Shown piece by piece: positions 9,061 to 16,387 of a stretch of 34,141 nt of DNA (the first letter of the stretch is position 1; each line of letters begins with the position of its first letter). The stretch is from Bacteroidales bacterium (lineage in GTDB: Bacteria; Bacteroidota; Bacteroidia; Bacteroidales; CAIWKO01): assembly GCA_035403765.1 (NCBI GenBank), contig DAONFU010000005.1, positions 1 to 34,141 of the forward strand, in the 5' to 3' direction. Both the position numbers and the translations under genes were made by a program. Below the pieces are notes generated by a model. That model made no database searches. It was not told the DNA's origin and worked only from the letters and a program-made list of their open reading frames with translations.

Positions 9061-11149
9061 AGAAAAATTGTATTTTAATCTGACTTGTCTCATACTGCTG
9101 ACGGGCCTTATTATCACGTATTCCAACCATTTTAACAACTCTTTTCATTTTGATGACGATCATGCCATAGTGAATAATATATGGATCAAAGACATCAAAA
9201 ATATTCCCAAATTTTTTACGGATGCCACCACATTCTCCATTCTTCCTCAAAACCAATCGTACCGGCCAGGAACAGTAACATTATCAGCTATTGATTTCTG
9301 GATTTCAAAACACAATCCTCTTGGCGTTAAAAAAAACGAATTGTATCAGGATGAAGGGCTCAATCCATTTTACTTTCACTTATCAATCTTTATCGCCTTT
9401 ATTTTACAGGCGCTCCTGATGTTTCTTTTTTTTAAAAAAATCCTTGATAACACGATAAAACATAAGTGGGACGATTATTTCGCCTTATTTATTACGGCAT
9501 GGTATTGCTATCATACGGCAATCGCTGAAACTGTTAATTATATTTGCGCCCGGACAGATGGCTTTTCTACCCTTTTGATACTTTTTGCGTTTGTGATTTA
9601 TGCTTATTTTCCCCGCAAAAGAAAGTACGGGTTCTTTCTCATTCCTTATATAGCAGGTTTTTTAGTCAAAGAACCCTCCATCATGTTTGGGCCTTTATTG
9701 TTCTTTTACATTTTGCTCATTGAGAAAAAAGCAGACCTGACCACACTTTTTAAAAAGGAAACCTTCGGCAAGGCGCTGCAGTCTTTAAAGGCTGTTGCCG
9801 TTACATTGATCATAGCGATATTTCTTTATGGCTTGTCAATTTATATGAGGCCGGACACATTTTCCCCGAGTTCACACTCAACACTGAGTTATTTGATCAC
9901 ACAGCCATTCGTATATGTCCATTATTTTATGACATTTATTTTACCCGCCAATTTGTCTGCTGATTCTGACTGGAGGCCACTGAGCACTATCTTCGATATT
10001 CGTCTGCTGATGGGATTAATGTTTATTGCCGGAATGATATGGTTTGCGATACGGATATCAAAAAACAAGGCGCTCCTTCCTGTTTCTTTCGGCATCTTCT
10101 GGTTTTTTCTTGCTCTTGCCCCGTCTTCCAGTTTTATTGCTCTTTCGGAGGTATTGAACGATCATAGGATATATTTTCCATACGTGGGACTGGTGCTTGC
10201 ATTCTCGGTCATGTTGATATACCTGCTCATTTTAAAAGATGAAAAAAGATTTTTGAACTCTATTTACCTAAGAGTATTTACAGGTGTACTCGTTTTTGGG
10301 TTGATATGCGGACATGCTTACGGCACTCATCAACGGAATAAAGTTTGGAAGACAGAAGAAACTTTATGGTATGATGTTACCGTAAAAAGCCCCGGAAATG
10401 GCCGCGGTCTTATGAACTACGGGTTGACACAGATGAGTAAGGGAAATTACCCCGTTGCTAAAAAATATTTTGAAAAAGGACTTAAACTTCAGCCTGGCTA
10501 TCCCCTTTTGTTTATTAACCTTGGCATTCTTAATGCGGCCATGGGAAACCCTGCGGAAGCCGAAAACTATTATAAAAGAGCGGTAGCCATAAACCTGTAT
10601 CAAGATGAAAGTTATAGTTATTATGGCGAATTCCTTTATAGCCAAAAACGCTATGATGAAGCAAAAGCTTGTCTGAAAAATGCCCTGAACAAAAACTCTT
10701 CCAATATGCAGGCACGATTTGCTTTAATGGCTTTGTATTACGACACAGAAGACTGGGGAGCACTTTCAAGAATTGCCGAAGAAACCCTGCAATACTTACC
10801 GAATGATGCGAAATGCCTGGCATATATCGACGCTTCTAAGAACAAAAAAACCAAACTCGATGTAGCTATTGAAACAGCGAAAAATAGTCCGACATCAGAT
10901 AATTATATTAATTTAAGCTTACATTATTACGAAGCAGGCATGTATGCCGAATGTATCACTGCCTGCGAAGAAGCGCTTAAAATCAATCCGGATAACGCCA
11001 TTGCCTATAACAACATCTGCTCCGCATATAATGCCCTCAAAATGTATGACAAGGCCATCGCAGCCTGTAACAAAGCTCTTGAAATTGATCCCGTGCATAA
11101 TTTTGCAAAAGGCAATCTGAATTACGCTAAGGAACAACTAAACAAATAA
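9044..11149 (+). CDS. TMTC-like GT-C fold glycosyltransferase candidate: polytopic membrane domain plus C-terminal TPR array
   Basis: 701 aa. The first loop carries SFHFDDDHAIVNNIWIKD, comparable to the FxxDDxxAIxxN loop-1 acidic motif of TMTC O-mannosyltransferases. Many hydrophobic segments span residues ~10-430. From ~440 onward there are multiple TPR units (GLMNYGLTQMSKGNYPVAKKYFEKGLKLQPGY...AYNNICSAYNALKMYDKAIAACNKALEIDP). Confidence 0.6.
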   Translation: MKTWFKEKLYFNLTCLILLTGLIITYSNHFNNSFHFDDDHAIVNNIWIKDIKNIPKFFTDATTFSILPQNQSYRPGTVTLSAIDFWISKHNPLGVKKNELYQDEGLNPFYFHLSIFIAFILQALLMFLFFKKILDNTIKHKWDDYFALFITAWYCYHTAIAETVNYICARTDGFSTLLILFAFVIYAYFPRKRKYGFFLIPYIAGFLVKEPSIMFGPLLFFYILLIEKKADLTTLFKKETFGKALQSLKAVAVTLIIAIFLYGLSIYMRPDTFSPSSHSTLSYLITQPFVYVHYFMTFILPANLSADSDWRPLSTIFDIRLLMGLMFIAGMIWFAIRISKNKALLPVSFGIFWFFLALAPSSSFIALSEVLNDHRIYFPYVGLVLAFSVMLIYLLILKDEKRFLNSIYLRVFTGVLVFGLICGHAYGTHQRNKVWKTEETLWYDVTVKSPGNGRGLMNYGLTQMSKGNYPVAKKYFEKGLKLQPGYPLLFINLGILNAAMGNPAEAENYYKRAVAINLYQDESYSYYGEFLYSQKRYDEAKACLKNALNKNSSNMQARFALMALYYDTEDWGALSRIAEETLQYLPNDAKCLAYIDASKNKKTKLDVAIETAKNSPTSDNYINLSLHYYEAGMYAECITACEEALKINPDNAIAYNNICSAYNALKMYDKAIAACNKALEIDPVHNFAKGNLNYAKEQLNK

Positions 11150-11339
11150 AACCGTAAATATCTGACAGTTCAGGTATTGAGACATTCTTCTGAATTTATT
11201 GATATGACCGGGTCTCTGAATAATAATGACACAAAACCACGCAGGTGAATATTTCAAAAAAAAATTATTTTTCAATAAGCAAAACTTTATGAGATTAAGT
11301 ATGCATTCTAAGCTGTTTAATTCACAAATATTTTTTTCA

Positions 11340-11575
11340 GGATTAAAGTCCTTTTTAGCAGTGCGTGTTAAAGAGGCTGTCTCATAAGACCTCTGTGTAG
11401 CCCTGCCTCGCCGGCAGGCAGGCCTGTGTGTCCTCAGTGTCGCTCTGTGTAATTTTTATTTCACGGTTACACAGAAATTCACAGAGACAACACAGAGAAC
11501 CACGGAGAAAGATATCAATATAAATAGGCTTTTGAGAAAGCCTTTTTAATAAAATAACAATCTGGACTTTAGTCC
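11340..11575. repeat. MITE-like nested imperfect palindrome (~235 bp)
   Basis: The outer arms ggattaaagtcc...ttaaagaggctgtctcataagacct (11340..~11392) match the reverse complement of taggcttttgagaaagccttttta...ggactttagtcc (~11524..11575). The core has a CCTGCC..GGCAGG hairpin and ctctgtgt / acacagag arms that are themselves inverted about ~11455. Confidence 0.6.
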
Positions 11576-11645
11576 AAGTTGTGAATTATTCAGGCTAAAT
11601 AATTATTCAGTGTACATTATCGGATAAAGCCCATTATTAAATATT

Positions 11646-12399
11646 TCAAAAATGAAAAATGCAAAAGAAAATATTATTATTAAAGACGCCCGGGTGCATA
11701 AAATGTTCTTGCCTGGTATCAATGTCATAAGGATGGAAATACCCAAGCACGGGATTCCCCTTTTTCCAGCATCTTTTTATGGACCATCGGGTGAAAAAAA
11801 TGGCAGAAGCCTCATGTAAATACCACCTGCGATAGGGAAGGAGATCAATTTTGATTTGTACAAGGTCATGGGCAATTCCCATATCTTATTATCAATAAGC
11901 TTCACTATCCTGCCAAATTCCGGCCAGCCATATAACACGCTTTTTGTCGGAAAAACAGAGCTGGAATAAACAAAATTTAATTCTTCGAGTATTTCATAGG
12001 CCCAGGCTGTTTTTTCTATGATCGAAAAATTAGGTGCACGGAATCCGTAAATTTTTTCTACTCCGGCATCATGTAAGCATTCATGCTTTTGATCACCTCT
12101 TCTTTAAAAATTTTCGGATTTTGTTTATCAAGCTGAATATGAACGTTTGAATGACTGGCGACCTCATGCCCGTTTTCCGCAATTTTCCGTATCAAACCGG
12201 GATATGCCCTTGCCACATCACCTACCACAAAAAAGGTTGCCTTACAATTATGTTCTTCCAGGAAAGCAAGATATTTTTCGGCCATCAGGGGAAGCCTTTC
12301 CTGATACTTTAAACCATCTTCCATCCAGAATCTCACATCTTCCAGGTCAACAGCGAAAAGATAAATTTTTTTCACCGCTGGGTTAATATCCGTGGGCAT
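11646..12399 (-). pseudogene. Polysaccharide deacetylase (NodB domain plus DUF3473-like C-terminus), disrupted by at least two frameshifts
   Basis: Frame 1 (12399..12058) reads FAVDLEDV...KATFFVVGDVA...GHEVASHSNVH. The reading continues in a second frame as KHECLHDAGVEKIYGFRAPNFSI...ELPMTLYKSKLISFPIAGGIYMRLLPFF. A third frame (11882..11646) reads TRWSIKRCWKKGNPVLGYFHPYDIDTRQE. The shifts coincide with homopolymers at 12087..12090 and 11794..11800. Confidence 0.7.
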
Positions 12400-12421
12400 T
12401 GATTTGTCTGATTAAATATTT

Positions 12422-12510
12422 TGAACGTTCACGAGTCCGCCAATTGCGGCTGTGGGAGCGCTCCTGCCAAGCTGTTAGGCAGGTAACAAAAAAATCCAAA
12501 GTTATATAGA
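12422..12510. repeat. Copy B (inverted) of the ~90 bp repeat at 4715..4811
   Basis: The reverse complement reads tctatataactttggatttttttgttacctgcctaacagcttggcaggagcgctcccacagccgcaattggcggactcgtgaacgttca. This aligns with copy A, including the 28-nt identical block. Confidence 0.8.
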
Positions 12511-12626
12511 ATAAATATTAGTGAAAATATTTCCGGCTGTAAGGAAAAACCGGAAAAATACATTTACCCTATTATTCTTTTTTGCATATTAACATCAGTA
12601 TCTTAAAAAATGCAATAAGTCAGCCT

Positions 12627-12713
12627 GCAGAAGCCTGCGAAAAAGCCCTGAAAATAAATGCAAATTACGAACTGGCAAAAAATAATTTAGCCTGGGCAAA
12701 ATCAAATCTGTAA
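12627..12713 (+). pseudogene. 3'-terminal remnant of a TPR gene (last ~28 codons only)
   Basis: It translates to AEACEKALKINANYELAKNNLAWAKSNL*, against GAEACEKALKIDPDFQLAKNNLAWAKSNQ* at the C-terminus of 7439..7921. There is no upstream TPR body or start codon. Confidence 0.6.
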
Positions 12714-12865
12714 AACGTGGCCTGCATTGCGGCAGGATATTCATGTTCTGTTGAAAAAGCCTATCTGGCGCATGATGCAAACGGGCGAACCTGCCTGTAA
12801 TAATATAATTTAGGGCACAGGATAAAATTTTTATTGAGTGATATGGGATAAACAATTTAAATGAC

Positions 12866-12873
12866 TAATTTTG
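12866..12873 (+). promoter_or_regulatory. Candidate -7 promoter box (TAATTTTG) upstream of gatE
   Basis: Matches TAnnTTTG and lies 26 nt upstream of the ATG at 12899. Confidence 0.3.
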
Positions 12874-12898
12874 ACCGGCCAATTACAATAAAAGAATT

Positions 12899-14872
12899 AT
12901 GAAAGAAAATTTCGATCCAAAGCTAAACTACGAGGAAACTAAAAAAGCCATTGGATACACGCCGTTGAAACAGGCAACACACGAAGACTGGAACCGCATA
13001 GGCTTTATGTCGGGACTGGAAGTTCATCAGCAACTTAAAACCAAAGAAAAACTTTTTTGCCATTGTCCGGCAGGGGTGTACCAGAAAAAAAATCAGTACG
13101 ATGCCGAACTGCTAAGGCATATGCGCCCAACACTCAGCGAACTGGGCGAATACGACGGCACCGCCCTGATGGAGTTTAAAACACGCAAAGAAATTGTGTA
13201 CCGCGTAAAAAACGAAACCACCTGCACTTACGACGTGGACGATACGCCTCCATTTAAACTTAACCGGGAAGCCCTCGAAAACGCCTTGGAAGTAGCCTTG
13301 CTCAGCAAATTGAATATTGTGGGCGAAGTCCACATCACGAGAAAACAATACCTTGACGGAAGTATTCCCACAGGATTTCAGCGAACGGCGATATTGGGCG
13401 TGGAAGGCGAACTACCCTTGAAAACAAAAAAAATCAGGTTGATACAACTCAGTATCGAAGAAGATTCCTGTCGTGAAATTTCCGATATCGGCCACCGCCG
13501 TATCTATTCCACCGACCGCCTCGGTGTGCCTTTAATAGAAACCGTTACCTATCCGGATATGATAAATCCTTATGAGGTAAAAGAAGCCTGCGACTATATC
13601 CGTTTTTTAAACCGCAGCACCGGCAAGGTAAGAACAGGCATCGGCGCCGGCAGACAAGACGTGAACGTTAGCTGTAAAGGCGGTACCCGTATTGAAATTA
13701 AAGGTGTGGCGCATACACGGTGGATACCAAAGCTCACTCATAATGAATGTTTCAGACAATGGGCCTTGTTACATATCCGCGAAATTTTAAACGAAAAATT
13801 CGGAGACGGCTCTTCGTGGAAGATGAATTATCAGGAAGTGCAACTCAAAGATTTTCATTTTTCGAACCTGCCGCTCAACGAAGAAAAAAAGAATTCTTAT
13901 AAATATTATGCCATCAACCTTCCCGGCTTCAAAACACTGCTATCGCATTTCACCCAGCCAGGAAAAACGTTTGCCGACGAAATCAGCGAACGCCTGAAAG
14001 TGATTGCCTGTATTGAGTTGCCCAATATGACCCACTCGGAAGAATTTGAGCCCTTGATAAGCGGCGATGATTTCTCAAATATCCGCACCTCACTAAAAGC
14101 CAAAGAAGACGACGCACAGATTATTCTCTGGGGCCCGGAAGACGATATGAAAACCGCACTGGAAACGATAGAAGAGCGCTGCCAGTGGGCTTTCAAAGGC
14201 GTGCCTAACGAAACCCGCAAATCATTCGAAAACGGCACCACCATTTTTGAACGCGTATTGCCCGGCGCCGACCGTATGTATCCTGATACCGATTCCGTCC
14301 CCATCCCTTTAGAAGACGAATATATCAACCGTTTGAAGAAAAACCTGCCCACCGAAGTCATCGAAAGGTACCAGAAACTTAAAGAATGGGGCGTGCCTGA
14401 AGATACTTATACCTACATATTTAAGAAAAATCTCTTTCCGGTAATTGAAAAAATTATCAGTGTAAACGGTTACAAACCCAAATTTGTAGGTTCTTTTATC
14501 GGACACACCTTAAAATATTTTGAAGGGCAACACACTATATCCCCATACTTTAATTATGAAATGATAGGAGATATGTTTGCTTTCATAAACGAAAAGAAAC
14601 TGGATAAACAGATTGCCAAAAAAATGCTGCCCATCCTGATACAACATCCAAAAATGGATTTTGAATCAATTCTGGCCACGATAAAATTCAAAAAGGTTAC
14701 CAAAGAAGAGATTCTTTCCAATATCCCTTTCATGAAAGAAAAATTCCGTCAGATACGCATTTCGCAACAACCCGATGTGGAAACCAAATGGATAATGGGC
14801 GGTTTGCGCAAAATGGCTACCGGCAACATTTGTCTGGCCGAGTTAAAAGAATTAGTTGAAACCAGTAATTAA
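12899..14872 (+). CDS. gatE: Glutamyl-tRNA(Gln) amidotransferase subunit E (archaeal-type GatE)
   Basis: 657 aa. The N-terminus GFMSGLEVHQQLKTKEKLFCHCP matches the GatE GLEIHQQL..KLFC signature, whereas GatB has HVQL. It also has DRLGVPLIETVTYPDM, an insertion domain, a C-terminal helical tail, and an adjacent GatD partner. Confidence 0.8.
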   Translation: MKENFDPKLNYEETKKAIGYTPLKQATHEDWNRIGFMSGLEVHQQLKTKEKLFCHCPAGVYQKKNQYDAELLRHMRPTLSELGEYDGTALMEFKTRKEIVYRVKNETTCTYDVDDTPPFKLNREALENALEVALLSKLNIVGEVHITRKQYLDGSIPTGFQRTAILGVEGELPLKTKKIRLIQLSIEEDSCREISDIGHRRIYSTDRLGVPLIETVTYPDMINPYEVKEACDYIRFLNRSTGKVRTGIGAGRQDVNVSCKGGTRIEIKGVAHTRWIPKLTHNECFRQWALLHIREILNEKFGDGSSWKMNYQEVQLKDFHFSNLPLNEEKKNSYKYYAINLPGFKTLLSHFTQPGKTFADEISERLKVIACIELPNMTHSEEFEPLISGDDFSNIRTSLKAKEDDAQIILWGPEDDMKTALETIEERCQWAFKGVPNETRKSFENGTTIFERVLPGADRMYPDTDSVPIPLEDEYINRLKKNLPTEVIERYQKLKEWGVPEDTYTYIFKKNLFPVIEKIISVNGYKPKFVGSFIGHTLKYFEGQHTISPYFNYEMIGDMFAFINEKKLDKQIAKKMLPILIQHPKMDFESILATIKFKKVTKEEILSNIPFMKEKFRQIRISQQPDVETKWIMGGLRKMATGNICLAELKELVETSN

Positions 14873-14892
14873 AAGCTAAAAATTATACTACC

Positions 14893-16281
14893 ATGAGCGA
14901 AGATTTTTTTCAGGGATATAAAGGTGATGCACTTGAAATATTAAAAAAATACGCCGTCCGTGTCTGGGGTCAGGCCGAAGTGGACACTACCCGCGGCTTG
15001 TTTAAAGGAACCGTGTTGCCCCGCGCCGAAAATGATGACGATAAACACATAGTCCTCAAAGTAATTACCGGTTATAACATCGGGGTTGACATCAGCACCA
15101 TCCTGACGATGAAAGAAGTTGGTTATAAAAAGGCAAATTACAAAATACCCGAAAAAGAGTTCCCCTATACGCCCGGAAAGCCCAAGGTAAAGCTGATAGG
15201 CACCGGCGGGACCATAGCCTCGCGTCTCGACTACCGTACCGGCGCCGTGATTCCTGCCTTTTCGCCTGGAGAACTTTATGGCGCTGTGCCCGAACTGGCT
15301 GATATCTGCAATCTGGAAACCGAAAAACTTTTCGCAGTATTCAGCGAAAACATGGGGCCCGATCAATACAAAAAACTTGCCGTTGCCATAGGGCAGGAAA
15401 TTGAAAAAGGCACCGATGGTATTATTATAGGCCATGGCACGGATACCCTGCATTATACGGCTGCCGCGCTTACTTTTATGGTACAGAATCCGCCCATACC
15501 TATTGTGCTGGTTGGCTCACAGCGTTCCTCCGACCGGCCGAGCTCCGATGCCGCCCTCAACCTGATGCATGCCGCTACAGCAGCGGCTCATGGCGATATT
15601 GCCGAGGTAATGGTGTGTATGTTTGGGCCTACATCAGACGAATACGGGTTCTTGCATCGTGGCACCCGGGTGCGTAAAATGCATTCGTCTTACCGTTCTA
15701 CCTTCCGCACTATCGGAGATATTCCCGTGGCCACAGTAACACGTAATGGCGTGGTGCCACAAAAGCCCGTGTATAATCACCGCCGCAAGGATACTTCTAA
15801 TGTGAAAATCACACCCGTTTTCGAAGAAAAAGTGGGCATGTTGTATTATTACACCAATATGCAGCCCGATATGATTGACTCTATGGTTGATAATGGTTAT
15901 AAAGGCATTATCATCATCGGTACCGGACTGGGACATGTCAACAAACCTATATATCCGGCCATAGAACGTGCCGTGAAAAAAGGTGTAGCCATTTATATGA
16001 CAGTACAAACCTTGTGGGGCTATGTACATATGTTTGTTTACGACACAGGCCGCGACCTGATGGCCAAAGGCATTATCCCGGCAGAAAACATGCTGCCCGA
16101 AGTGGCCTATATTAAATTGGGATGGGCGCTTGGCCAAACCAACGACCTCGAAAAAGTAAAAGAAATAATGCTGACACCAATCAATGACGACATTACCCCG
16201 CGCGAACCTTACAACGGATACCTGATTTATCAGGGTGGCGTAAAAGAAATCGAAGATTTTATCAAAAAAGTACACAAATAA
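14893..16281 (+). CDS. gatD: Glutamyl-tRNA(Gln) amidotransferase subunit D (archaeal-type GatD, asparaginase-like)
   Basis: 462 aa. The N-terminal domain has DDKHIVLKVITGYNIGVDIS, which is GatD-specific. The type I asparaginase core carries the catalytic motifs GTGGTIASRLDYRTGAV and IIGHGTDTLHYTAAAL. It starts 20 nt after gatE. Confidence 0.8.
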   Translation: MSEDFFQGYKGDALEILKKYAVRVWGQAEVDTTRGLFKGTVLPRAENDDDKHIVLKVITGYNIGVDISTILTMKEVGYKKANYKIPEKEFPYTPGKPKVKLIGTGGTIASRLDYRTGAVIPAFSPGELYGAVPELADICNLETEKLFAVFSENMGPDQYKKLAVAIGQEIEKGTDGIIIGHGTDTLHYTAAALTFMVQNPPIPIVLVGSQRSSDRPSSDAALNLMHAATAAAHGDIAEVMVCMFGPTSDEYGFLHRGTRVRKMHSSYRSTFRTIGDIPVATVTRNGVVPQKPVYNHRRKDTSNVKITPVFEEKVGMLYYYTNMQPDMIDSMVDNGYKGIIIIGTGLGHVNKPIYPAIERAVKKGVAIYMTVQTLWGYVHMFVYDTGRDLMAKGIIPAENMLPEVAYIKLGWALGQTNDLEKVKEIMLTPINDDITPREPYNGYLIYQGGVKEIEDFIKKVHK

Positions 16282-16287
16282 AAAAAA

Positions 16288-16312
16288 GGGCTGAACTTCA
16301 GCCCTTTTTTTT
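16288..16312 (+). terminator. Rho-independent terminator after gatD
   Basis: gggctgaacttcagccc hairpin followed by a T8 run, beginning 7 nt after the gatD stop. Confidence 0.75.
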
Positions 16313-16387
16313 CAATCATTTTTTTTGCACTTACTTCCTCCCTGATTCTCAACTTTTACCCCTCAAAATATACAAGTCAAAACCTCC

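Noticed and set aside
7496-12656. Shufflon-like inversion system swapping the C-terminus of the TPR protein via the 26/27-nt inverted match
   Set aside because: No recombinase or invertase gene is in the window. The swap would invert ~5 kb including the TMTC-like gene and change only ~20 residues. A relic of a past rearrangement is the simpler reading. Long reads could still test it.
12595-12855. 86-aa minus-strand ORF
   Set aside because: It has no motif. It runs antisense across the TPR gene stump and intergenic hairpins, and the plus-strand reading has clear homology to the TPR C-terminal module.
14941-16275. 170-aa and 213-aa minus-strand ORFs (14941..15453 and 15634..16275)
   Set aside because: Both are antisense to gatD. 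They are His/Phe/Gly-rich translations typical of the reverse strand of a moderately GC-rich gene.
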